NCBI GenBank assembly: GCA_042138065.1
Contig: JBHIUX010000001.1
Span: forward strand, 1 to 51,714
DNA length: 51,714 bases
Direction: 5' to 3'
Source of the DNA: Nitrosopumilaceae archaeon
Lineage (GTDB): Archaea > Thermoproteota > Nitrososphaeria > Nitrososphaerales > Nitrosopumilaceae
In this document: piece after piece, positions 1 through 7,712 of the stretch
How positions within the stretch are numbered: the first letter of the stretch is position 1
How the letters are laid out: every line of letters starts with the position of its first letter
Position numbers and translations under genes: made by a program
The notes under the pieces: model-generated
What the model was told of the DNA's origin: nothing
The model's database searches: none
What the model saw: only the letters and a program-made list of their open reading frames with translations

Positions 1-467
1 ACCAACTTTCCTGAAGAAAACAATAGAATTACTGTTTTAGGATCTAACATTCTGTGTATCAGTCCTGGAAATTGTTCTGGTTCATACATGCTTCTTGGCA
101 ATGTTCTTGCAGCTTGCTCTAAGTGAATCTTTCCACCTAAATTAATTGATGCAACAATGTTTTGAATTTCAACAACGGCATCTTTTTTTATTTTGATTCC
201 ACCTTTTCTTAGTTTTTGAACAACTGTCTTGACAGCTTTTCTTGCCATCTCTTCTGATTTTGATCCTGTACAAACCATTTTTCCAGAAGTGAAAATTAAT
301 GTTGCAGTTTTTGGACTCTTTAGTCGAAATACCAAACCGGGAAATTGATCAGGATGGTATTCTACATCAGGAAATGTTCTAGTAATTTCATTAAGGTCCA
401 TTTTTTGGTCTACAGAAGCAGACGCTACGACATTTTCTACACTTACTATTGGTTTCGTTTGTGGCAT
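1..467 (-). CDS. tbp: TATA-box binding protein (TBP), C-terminal end cut by window edge
   Basis: Absent from the ORF track because it runs off the window. The reverse-strand ATG at 467-465 reads [79 protein letters not shown]...[28 protein letters not shown]. Both TBP direct repeats are visible (QFPGL..., F/L-x-SGK-x-V). Confidence 0.9.
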   Translation of the reverse strand, partial: [155 protein letters not shown]

Positions 468-493
468 ATTACAGGAATTCCCTAGCGGCACTG

Positions 494-501
494 TAATAAA
501 A
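494..501 (-). promoter_or_regulatory. TATA-like box (TTTTATTA on minus strand) about 30 nt upstream of the tbp ATG; suggests a leaderless or very short-leader mRNA
   Basis: A/T octamer at the spacing expected for an archaeal TATA box relative to the start codon. Judged by position only. Confidence 0.3.
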
Positions 502-607
502 GCACTCGCCATTAAATTACTCGTAAAGACTCGAATTTTTTAAAATCCGTCAACCGCGTGCTAGGTTAACGAATGATTTAATTTGGCATCATTGATCGCA
601 GTGTCTA

Positions 608-1729
608 TTGGATTTTGGAAATTTTGATATTGATCAATTTTTTGGATTTGGTGATGATTCAAACCCCCTCATGATGTTAATTTGGATTATTCCAATTATT
701 ATTTTTATTTTCTATGGACAAAGAATTCAATTATTAATTACTTCAAACGAAATTAAAAAAAGTATAAAAAAACTTGATGAATTTCGAAATGAATCAAGAG
801 ATGTTTTAATTTCATATGTTACAAAAAATCTAAAAACACAAAAAGACTCTATTTCTAAAATTGATAGATTCTTAGATTATTTTACAGTAATGCCAGTAGA
901 TATGGATCCTAATGGAATTGTTCCAAAAGTAAGACACTTTATTCGCTCACGGGAGGATTATACTAGAGAGCATGTAAGATCATTATCTCCTGAAATCAGT
1001 CACTATGAATTAAACAAAGTGCAAACATTGGTCGAAATAGCTTCCTCACTAAAATTAATTTATAAAATAATTAATCATCTATATTTAACTGCAAAAAAGC
1101 AAAACAACTATCCTTTAATCCTCCCACTTCAGATGATACTTCCATTTGTAATGGAAGAAGCAGAAGCCATGAAAAATGCAATTCCTGCTTTTTCACAAGG
1201 ACAACCAATTGGTGATGGAATAGGCCCAATGGTGGTAGGAAAAATGATGTTAAATACACAAAAACAAACACTCGCATTTGAAACCGTATGCAGTAAAACC
1301 GAATTCGAAGGCAGAAATCTGTTGCTTATGAAAGCCGAAGGTCCCTCTGCAACAGTTGGAAGGCCAGGTGATGCAGTTGAAGAAATCATATCAAAACAAA
1401 AACTTGATACAATAATCATGATTGACGCTGCATTAAAAATGGAAGGTGAAGAATCTGCAACAGTAGCACAAGGATTTGGTGCCGCAATTGGAGGTATTGG
1501 TACAGAACGTTTTCAAATTGAAGAAATCGCAACAAAAAATCAAATTCCAGTTTTTGCAATCATCATTAAAGAATCTGTTAACGAAGCAATCACTTTGATG
1601 ACAAAAAATATTGCAGATAAAGCAGATGATGTACGTTCTCAAATCTATGAAATGATTAAAGATAACACCAAAGCAGGTCAAAATGTTCTCGTAATAGGCG
1701 TTGGAAATACATTGGGAGTATCTCAATAA
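608..1729 (+). CDS. Archaeal DUF1512-like membrane-anchored protein (function unknown)
   Basis: 373-aa ORF with an N-terminal hydrophobic helix (LMMLIWIIPIIIFIFYG). Its length and overall look match my recollection of the archaeal DUF1512 family. The track start is TTG at 608, and the in-frame ATG at 671 (MMLIW...) is a likelier start. The stop overlaps the next ATG (TAATG at 1727-1731). Confidence 0.55.
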   Translation: MDFGNFDIDQFFGFGDDSNPLMMLIWIIPIIIFIFYGQRIQLLITSNEIKKSIKKLDEFRNESRDVLISYVTKNLKTQKDSISKIDRFLDYFTVMPVDMDPNGIVPKVRHFIRSREDYTREHVRSLSPEISHYELNKVQTLVEIASSLKLIYKIINHLYLTAKKQNNYPLILPLQMILPFVMEEAEAMKNAIPAFSQGQPIGDGIGPMVVGKMMLNTQKQTLAFETVCSKTEFEGRNLLLMKAEGPSATVGRPGDAVEEIISKQKLDTIIMIDAALKMEGEESATVAQGFGAAIGGIGTERFQIEEIATKNQIPVFAIIIKESVNEAITLMTKNIADKADDVRSQIYEMIKDNTKAGQNVLVIGVGNTLGVSQ

Positions 1730-1911
1730 TGCTCTCAAAAGAGGAAAAACCAGTCCTCCCATTTACTGTCGAAAAATGCAACAAATGTAGCAAAGAGATT
1801 AAAAGAAAATTCAAAGAAGGAGATTATCTATTTTCTGAGACCACAAAATGCCCTACATGTGATGGAAAATTACAAGTAGAGAAAATTTTTGGAGAAACTA
1901 TTGAGCAATAG
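1729..1911 (+). CDS. Small zinc-ribbon protein (CxxC...CxxC)
   Basis: 60 aa with CNKC and CPTC pairs. The start codon overlaps the stop of the upstream gene, suggesting translational coupling. Confidence 0.45.
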   Translation: MLSKEEKPVLPFTVEKCNKCSKEIKRKFKEGDYLFSETTKCPTCDGKLQVEKIFGETIEQ

Positions 1912-2806
1912 TAGTTATTATGGCTCCTGTTTCTGTTGGAATGAAAGTATGTTCTGCCTGGGCCACAACTTGTGAATGAGATTCAATTAGAACCGGATAA
2001 TCCTTAACAACTTTTTTCTTTATCAAAAATCCCAACAATTCTCTTGCTTTTCCCTCGTCCCATTTTTTTACTAGCCATCTTAGTGCAAATGGTAGCATGT
2101 TGAAATTCTCCCAAATAAAATCTAGCATTTCATCTGCCTCGGTATTTTTTGTCCTCTTTCTTGAAACAAGAGCAAAAATATTTTTTATTTTTCCATTTTT
2201 TACAAAGCCTGTGGGTGCTAAACCCCCACTTAGTGTTACAAATGGTTCACACGCATAAGCTTCAGAACCTGAAAGAGAAAACGATCCTATAGACCAAATG
2301 TTCGGAATAGACTTTCCAGCATGAATGGTATATTGATCTAAAGAATGACCACTAAGATTGCCTATTGGTTTGAATCCCATCTGCTTAATTGTCTTTTCAA
2401 TTGTTCTTCCAATGTCACTAGCTTTAACACCAATTTTTACCATAGACATTGCATTTGAAAGCGCATCCTCTGCTGCTTGGACTAATGCATCATATTCCGG
2501 ATTGTAACAAACAGTAACTGCAGTATCTGCAATGTAGCCATTAATCTGTGCACCAAGATCGATTTTTACCAAATCTGAATCAGTAATGGTAATATCATCA
2601 TTAGGTTCTGCAGTATAGTGTGCAGCTACATCATTTAAGCTTGTGTTAACTGGAAAAGCACACTTTGCACCACGCTTTATAATTTCACTTTCAATTTCTT
2701 CACAAATTTCGTAAACTGTTTTCCCAACCCAATTTTTTTTGCGTGCATTCTCTCTAACTTCTGAAGCAATTTTTCCAGCTTTAACGTAATCGTCTACTTC
2801 CAACAA
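1898..2806 (-). CDS. map: Methionine aminopeptidase, type 2 (archaeal)
   Basis: 302 aa. It has the pita-bread fold signature regions (AFPVNTSLNDVAAHYTA, DLGAQINGYIADTA, GHSL, EPF..., AQAEHT). TTG start. Its 3' end overlaps the convergent zinc-ribbon ORF by 14 nt. Confidence 0.9.
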   Translation of the reverse strand: MLEVDDYVKAGKIASEVRENARKKNWVGKTVYEICEEIESEIIKRGAKCAFPVNTSLNDVAAHYTAEPNDDITITDSDLVKIDLGAQINGYIADTAVTVCYNPEYDALVQAAEDALSNAMSMVKIGVKASDIGRTIEKTIKQMGFKPIGNLSGHSLDQYTIHAGKSIPNIWSIGSFSLSGSEAYACEPFVTLSGGLAPTGFVKNGKIKNIFALVSRKRTKNTEADEMLDFIWENFNMLPFALRWLVKKWDEGKARELLGFLIKKKVVKDYPVLIESHSQVVAQAEHTFIPTETGAIITTIAQ

Positions 2807-2847
2807 GAGAAATAATTTTGATCGTTATTTAAAATCATCATTCAATT

Positions 2848-2854
2848 AAAAAAA
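2848..2854 (-). terminator. Oligo-T tract (T7 on minus strand) immediately 3' of tRNA-Pro
   Basis: AAAAAAA on the plus strand directly abuts the tRNA 3' end. Archaeal RNA polymerase terminates at T-runs. Confidence 0.45.
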
Positions 2855-2931
2855 TGGTGGGATTGGCAGGATTTGAACCTACGACCTCTGGTACCCAAAA
2901 CCAGAATCATACCAAGCTAGACCACAATCCC
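2855..2931 (-). tRNA. tRNA-Pro (anticodon UGG), CCA encoded
   Basis: The reverse complement is GGGATTGTGGTCTAGCTTGGTATGATTCTGGTTTTGGGTACCAGAGGTCGTAGGTTCAAATCCTGCCAATCCCACCA. The 7-bp acceptor stem is GGGATTG/CAATCCC. The anticodon stem is CTGGT/ACCAG with loop TTTGGGT (anticodon TGG, G37). The T-arm is GTAGG-TTCAAAT-CCTGC. Confidence 0.92.
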
Positions 2932-2956
2932 AACGAATCAGCACATCCAACACCCC

Positions 2957-2963
2957 AATTTAA
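2957..2963 (-). promoter_or_regulatory. TATA-like box (TTAAATT on minus strand), centred about 29 nt upstream of tRNA-Pro position 1
   Basis: Position and A/T composition only. Confidence 0.35.
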
Positions 2964-3012
2964 GCTTGACAGATGACAATGTTATTATCTAATTATTTTC
3001 TAGAATGAATGC

Positions 3013-3078
3013 CGGGCGATGAAGAAGAGTTAGAGTATTGACTTTGAAATGAAGTAAACACATGGCTCTGAGCTCTGG
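3013..3078 (+). ncRNA. Candidate C/D-box sRNA (2'-O-methylation guide)
   Basis: C box ATGAAGA (3019-3025), 12-nt spacer AGAGTTAGAGTA, D' box TTGA (3038-3041), 7-nt loop, C' box ATGAAGT (3049-3055), 12-nt spacer AAACACATGGCT, D box CTGA (3068-3071). The flanks GGGC (3014-3017) and GCTC (3072-3075) can form a short terminal stem. Both GA dinucleotides of the C box are intact, and both spacers are exactly 12 nt. Confidence 0.35.
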
Positions 3079-3364
3079 CATATGTTTTTATCAAAAATTA
3101 TTTTATCTTATGTTGATGAAGTTTGTAAAACGTGATTTGATTCTTTTAGCTGGAAGTTTTCTTATCGTATTGGGATTGTCCTCGTTTATGGCTCCCGTAT
3201 ATGCAATAATAATTTCAATTGGAATTTTTTTTGGAATTAAAGCATTCACCCATAGTAGACAAAAATTTTTAGAAAAAAATATTGGTGAGGGATTTTGTGC
3301 AAAATGCGGAGAGCAAATAATCAATAAAAAATGCCCAAATTGTGATAAATCTGAAAAATCTTAG
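3062..3364 (+). CDS. Small membrane protein with C-terminal zinc ribbon (CAKC...CPNC)
   Basis: 100-aa track ORF. The real start is more likely ATG 3110 (MLMKFVKRD...), which leaves the candidate sRNA upstream. It has two hydrophobic helices followed by CAKCGEQIINKKCPNC. Confidence 0.4.
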   Translation: MALSSGICFYQKLFYLMLMKFVKRDLILLAGSFLIVLGLSSFMAPVYAIIISIGIFFGIKAFTHSRQKFLEKNIGEGFCAKCGEQIINKKCPNCDKSEKS

Positions 3365-3513
3365 GATGATTCCTACGTATGGCTTAATTATGAAAAAGCG
3401 GAAATTTACGAATGATTAGCCAAAGATATACGACTTTAACAACTAGCTCAACTTTTACTCAAATTCATTCTAAAATTAGTGCTTTGAGCAACTCGAGATA
3501 GCAGCGTGAGGAT

Positions 3514-6500
3514 ATGAAAATAGAGATAATATTAGGAATTTTTGCATTTGCTCTGTTGGGAGCTATCCCGCTTACAGTAAATGCCCAATCTACTGATATT
3601 GCTAATCATGTAGTTATCAATGAAGTCGACATTAATCCTCCGGGAGATGATTCAAAATCAATCTCTGAATGGGTAGAACTGTACAATCCAACTAACGAAG
3701 AAGTTTACATTGGAGATTGGAAAATTGCATCAACAACAGTTCTAAAGAAAACATTCACAATACCTATCGGAACTACCATTAAGCCAGGACAATTTCTAAC
3801 ATACTCTTATCAAAGTTCTTGGTTTACCGATGTTTCTGAAAAAATAGAATTGCGTGATGAATCTGGTACAATAATTGATGAAACTCCAACTATTAATGAT
3901 CTAAATAATGATTTTAATTCTTGGCAACGAATGTATGATGGTTTTGATACAAACAACTCTGATGATTGGAAGTTTAATACATCCACAGCTGGTTCAACAA
4001 ATGGAAAACAAGTCATTGGAGATGAAGCAGAAGAAATCTCTGTAACTATTTCTGTAGATAAATCAAGTTATCTCTTTGGAGAAACAGCAACTCTAAGTGG
4101 TTCTGTATCTAAACAAGTCTTTGTAGAAAAACCAACTTTTTCTCAAGCCCCAATTGATGTGGTTATTACAGGACACAATTATTATAATGATATAACACTA
4201 TATCCGGATTTGAATTTAGAATATGAGCTTCCATTAAAATTACAAAAAGTACTTGGAATTTTAGGTGGAGATTATGTTGTTAGTGTATCTTATGCAGGAA
4301 CAACATCACAAACTGAATTTTTTGTTGGAGATGAAGTGATTGAAACAACAACAAAAGATACAGGTGCTCTTGTAATCTCAACTGATAAAGAATCTTATAT
4401 TCCAGGACAAACTGCAATCATTTTTGCTAAATCTTCAGAAATTATAGAATTTGAAGGACTAAAATTTACTGTCACAAATCCTAATAATGTTCAAGTTTTT
4501 GAAGGAACTTTGTTTCCAAATCTTGGAAAAGTTAGCACTGCTTTGAGACCTGGCGATTTGAGTGAATTTGCTGATTCTCAATTCATTACCAATATTTTCA
4601 TGGATACCGTTTCTCCTGTTTATGGAATTTACACTATTACTGCTCAGTATGGAGACCAAACCGCCACCTCTACTTTTGAGGTTAGTAAGGACATCAAAGA
4701 AGAAAAAAGAATTTCTCTGAAGACTGACAAGCCCGCATATGGCTTGGGCGAAACTGTAAAAATTTCTGGTAGATTAAACAACTTGTATGTTCCAACTATG
4801 GACCTTGAGGTTGTCCAAACAAGAACCATATCTCTTGACTTTGATCCAAGTAAACTTACAAAAGAATTGACTTCTGTCAGATTATCTGGAGACAGCACTT
4901 TTAGCTATGAATTTAAAATTCCAAATAATTCAAACAGCCTTGGTGGATTTAGAGTTACTGTATCTCAAGACGTTGGCACTGCCACAACTTCATTTCTAGT
5001 TATGGAAAACCCTGAAGAATATGTGGCAGATGATGAATCTCTTTTTACCGTTACTACTAGTAAAACAATTTACGATGTTGGTGATGAATTAGTAATTTCA
5101 GGAAGAGCTACTGAAGTAAAAACAAGTAGTTCGTTTCAATCTTCTGTAGTTAACATCAAAATAACTAAGGCAGATGGATCTTCAATAATAATTGGTACCT
5201 ACAAGCCTTCATCTTCAGAACCAAAAACTGCTACATTCTCATTAACTGCGGTTCCTGATATTATTGGAACCTATAAGGTAAAACAATCAATTTCTAAAAA
5301 CATATTCCCTCCTGGAACTTACAATATTAAAGCAACATACGCAGAAGGACAATTTTCTGACTCGACTACATTCACTGTAGTTGATCCACAAGATATATCT
5401 GGAAAATTCCTACTACAACTTAACAAACAAGTATTTGGTTTTAATGAAGAAGTTTTGCTTGATGGGATAGTACCAGGTATTGCTCAAGGAACTGGAATTG
5501 ATATAAAACTGATAAAGCCTGATGGCGATACCGATAAATTTGGAAAACTTGCTGATGACTCTAGATTTTCTTGGAGCTGGACTACTCCTAGGGCAGAAAA
5601 ACCTGCCTCTACTGGAACCGAAAGAAGCCTGTCTTACAGCAATTATGGGGTTTATCAAATCATTGTAAGCACAGATTCGGGAGGCGAAAGCATTTTCTTT
5701 AAAGTGTCCCCAAATCCTGAACAAGATTCTTTGGTGCTAATGCCTTTGGAAGTAACAACTGACAAGGCAGTATATGCTGCTGGAGAAACATTGAGAATAT
5801 CAGGTTTTGCTATCAAAAGGCAACAAGGTCAAGAAGGATTAGTTGTACAAGACAGAGCAGAAATTATTGTAAAAACTACAACATTTCCAGTACAAAAAAT
5901 CTATAGTTCAAATGTTTATTTGGATGCCGGTGGAAATTTCAAAAGCTCATTCACATTGCCAGTAACAATTTTCAAGGAAGGAATTTACAAGGTTGAAGCC
6001 CTTTATCAAAAAAATAAAGCAGAATCTCTTTTCTCAATAAATAATGAGTTTAACATTGGTGGCGATGTCCCACTTGCTATCTTGCTTGATACTGATAAAG
6101 AAGAATATGGTTTAGGCGAAACTGTAAAAATTTCCGGAAGACCAACGAAAATTGTATACCTTGATAACCTATCTGTCACCATAGTACGTGAAGATCAAAC
6201 TCAAATTACATGTGGTTCATTTATTTGTGGAAAGGCAGGAGTAACCACTGCTCTTAGGCCAAGCGCTTCGGGCTCAATAGTTTTTGATTATGTAATTCCT
6301 ACAAAAGATAGTGCATTGGGAATTTACGAAGTAATTGTTGATTCTGCATTTGGTACCTTCTCCACAACATTTTCTGTGACAGAAAAAGCAACCGAAGAGG
6401 TTGAATTGGAAAAACAATTTGATGAGGCTAAAAGAACTACTGAGAAAGTAAATAGAATTCCCGACGTAAATGTACCGATCTTTGTTGCAGAAAAAACATC

Positions 6501-6864
6501 AGATGGCGAAGTTTTGGCCCCTCGAGTTTTACAAGGTTCCCTTTTGACTCCAACACGTGGTGAGGAAAGCGCCGTTAACATCAAAATAACAACAGTAGAT
6601 GATGTTTGTATTATTGGACAAGAATCAGATTGCATGGTTTCTGATTCTACACGTGCACCTGGAACAATTTACCAAGTTGTAGAGATTGATGGCAAAAACT
6701 ACAATGTAAGATATAGTGGTCCAGACGCAAGACTAGAGAAATTCACTATATTGCCAGAATCTTCAACTGAAACATTGCCTGATTCTACTTGGAATGTAGA
6801 GGTGATGAAAGATGATCAACCATCTAGACTATACTACAAGATTACATACGTTACTTTAGAATAA
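3514..6864 (+). CDS. Large secreted protein: signal peptide, N-terminal lamin-tail-like domain (LTD), then about 8 repeated beta-sandwich-like modules
   Basis: 1116 aa. Signal peptide MKIEIILGIFAFALLGAIPLTVNAQ. LTD-like block HVVINEVDINPPGDDSKSISEWVELYNPTNEEVYIGDWKI...ELRDESGTIIDE. The module opener recurs: SSYLFGETATLSGS, ESYIPGQTAIIFAK, DKPAYGLGETVKISGR, KTIYDVGDELVISGR, NKQVFGFNEEVLLDG, DKAVYAAGETLRISGF, DKEEYGLGETVKISGR. There is no C-terminal TM anchor. Confidence 0.7.
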   Translation: MKIEIILGIFAFALLGAIPLTVNAQSTDIANHVVINEVDINPPGDDSKSISEWVELYNPTNEEVYIGDWKIASTTVLKKTFTIPIGTTIKPGQFLTYSYQSSWFTDVSEKIELRDESGTIIDETPTINDLNNDFNSWQRMYDGFDTNNSDDWKFNTSTAGSTNGKQVIGDEAEEISVTISVDKSSYLFGETATLSGSVSKQVFVEKPTFSQAPIDVVITGHNYYNDITLYPDLNLEYELPLKLQKVLGILGGDYVVSVSYAGTTSQTEFFVGDEVIETTTKDTGALVISTDKESYIPGQTAIIFAKSSEIIEFEGLKFTVTNPNNVQVFEGTLFPNLGKVSTALRPGDLSEFADSQFITNIFMDTVSPVYGIYTITAQYGDQTATSTFEVSKDIKEEKRISLKTDKPAYGLGETVKISGRLNNLYVPTMDLEVVQTRTISLDFDPSKLTKELTSVRLSGDSTFSYEFKIPNNSNSLGGFRVTVSQDVGTATTSFLVMENPEEYVADDESLFTVTTSKTIYDVGDELVISGRATEVKTSSSFQSSVVNIKITKADGSSIIIGTYKPSSSEPKTATFSLTAVPDIIGTYKVKQSISKNIFPPGTYNIKATYAEGQFSDSTTFTVVDPQDISGKFLLQLNKQVFGFNEEVLLDGIVPGIAQGTGIDIKLIKPDGDTDKFGKLADDSRFSWSWTTPRAEKPASTGTERSLSYSNYGVYQIIVSTDSGGESIFFKVSPNPEQDSLVLMPLEVTTDKAVYAAGETLRISGFAIKRQQGQEGLVVQDRAEIIVKTTTFPVQKIYSSNVYLDAGGNFKSSFTLPVTIFKEGIYKVEALYQKNKAESLFSINNEFNIGGDVPLAILLDTDKEEYGLGETVKISGRPTKIVYLDNLSVTIVREDQTQITCGSFICGKAGVTTALRPSASGSIVFDYVIPTKDSALGIYEVIVDSAFGTFSTTFSVTEKATEEVELEKQFDEAKRTTEKVNRIPDVNVPIFVAEKTSDGEVLAPRVLQGSLLTPTRGEESAVNIKITTVDDVCIIGQESDCMVSDSTRAPGTIYQVVEIDGKNYNVRYSGPDARLEKFTILPESSTETLPDSTWNVEVMKDDQPSRLYYKITYVTLE

Positions 6865-6899
6865 ATTCTAATATCTAACACAATTACAAATTTTTAGAA

Positions 6900-7412
6900 T
6901 TGAGAATTCAAGTGTTAATGTTAAAACAAGATGATCCTAGAAAGTGCACCGCAGCTAAACTTGTAAAGTTTGGTTTGGCAATTGATGTTCATAAAACATC
7001 AACAAAAACTCTAGTATTGGATCCTTTTGCTGAGAAAACTCTATTAAATAAAGACAAAAAATTAATCAGTTCAATTACTGGAATCGATTGTTCCTGGAAT
7101 CTTGCAGACAAAACCTTTGTAAAAAAATTCACAGGAATTAGAAGAAAACTTCCCCCACTATTTGCTGGAAATCCTGTAAATTACTCAAAATTAAACAAGC
7201 TAACAACAGTAGAGGCAATTTCTGCAGCACTTTACGTATTAGGATATTCAGATCTTTCTTTAAAAATCCTTGATAAATTCAAGTGGGGTCATACATTTTA
7301 TGAATTGAATAAGGAATTGTTAGATGCATATTCAAAAATCGATTCTGAGAACAAAATTAGTCCATTATTACATGAATTTGGAATCTCAATAGAAAAATTG
7401 AAATTAAATTAG
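6900..7412 (+). CDS. tsr3: 16S rRNA aminocarboxypropyltransferase Tsr3 (DUF367)
   Basis: KQDDPRKCTAAKL and GIDCSWN motifs, about 165 aa. The track start is TTG 6900, and ATG 6918 (MLKQDDPRKC) is the likelier start. Confidence 0.8.
   Translation: MRIQVLMLKQDDPRKCTAAKLVKFGLAIDVHKTSTKTLVLDPFAEKTLLNKDKKLISSITGIDCSWNLADKTFVKKFTGIRRKLPPLFAGNPVNYSKLNKLTTVEAISAALYVLGYSDLSLKILDKFKWGHTFYELNKELLDAYSKIDSENKISPLLHEFGISIEKLKLN
7404..7411 (+). promoter_or_regulatory. TATA-like box (TTAAATTA) about 25 nt upstream of the RNase P RNA 5' end, overlapping the tsr3 stop codon
   Basis: Position and composition only. Confidence 0.3.
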
Positions 7413-7429
7413 AATTATTTTAAACCACT

Positions 7430-7712
7430 GTGCGAGCTGGAGCACGACACGCTGCTACGGCAGAGGAAACTCCTCTCTCCATACAGGAAATGTGATTCAG
7501 AGATGAATAATCAGAGATGATTGGCAACAGTTCAGAAATAAATCCAATCTGGGGCACCATGATGGCAAAACCTGAGATTCCCAGTGAAGGAATGAAAAAT
7601 CTGACCCACATGGAGCAAAGCCAAACAGAACTCTAGGTTCTTGTACCAAGTTCAGGTAGGCTGCAAAGCGAAATATCGTGAAAACAGAAAGAGGGTTACT
7701 ACCAGCACGCAC
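7430..7712 (+). ncRNA. rnpB: RNase P RNA (archaeal)
   Basis: A relatively G+C-rich island in AT-rich DNA. P1 is GTGCGAGCTGG (7430-7440) with CCAGCACGCAC (7702-7712). The CR-I-like block is GAGGAAACTCCTCTCTCCATACAGGAAA. GGAGCAAAGCCAAACAGAAC and CAGGTAGGCTGCAAAGCG match the bacterial GGAGCAAGGCCAAAUAGG and GGGUAGGCUGCUUGAGC blocks. The CR-V-like block is ACAGAAAGAGGGTTAC. P4 pairs AAC(U)CCUCU with AGAGGGUU, keeping the bulged U. Confidence 0.85.

Noticed and set aside
555-590. Inverted repeat AATGAT-N10-ATCATT in the tbp / DUF1512 divergent intergenic region
   Set aside because: The arms are only 6 bp and AT-rich, so the repeat is easily produced by chance. It has no second copy in the window and no positional argument beyond lying between divergent genes.
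1071-1762. Antisense track ORFs inside the DUF1512-like gene (1071..1277, 1129..1419, 1433..1762)
   Set aside because: They are nested antisense to a long ORF and have low-complexity or Cys/Phe-rich translations typical of AT-rich antisense frames. The same reasoning applies to other antisense ORFs nested in well-supported genes. These include 3103..3324, 3810..4016, 4459..4898, 5413..5724, 6324..6635, 9006..9818, 10434..10703, 12386..12598 and 12750..12959. They also include 13838..14077, 15587..15859, 19811..20119, 20801..21100, 23311..23580, 25103..25309, 26250..26606 and 27415..27612. The remainder are 28759..29040, 29269..29460, 29430..29648, 30230..30436, 33344..33532, 34136..34351, 38000..38344, 40210..40500, 40817..41283, 42768..42959, 43232..43450, 45197..45993, 47665..47886, 49065..49274 and 51207..51575.
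2855-3513. Possibility that tRNA-Pro marks an integrated element carrying the large secreted protein gene
   Set aside because: The window has no integrase, no direct repeat of the tRNA 3' half, no shift in base composition, and no phage or plasmid genes.
7420-7712. Track ORFs 7420..7611 (63 aa) and 7497..7712 (71 aa) on the minus strand
   Set aside because: They lie antisense to a region that folds convincingly as RNase P RNA (P1, P4, CR-I and CR-V blocks). Their relatively G+C-rich composition reflects the structural RNA, not coding potential.
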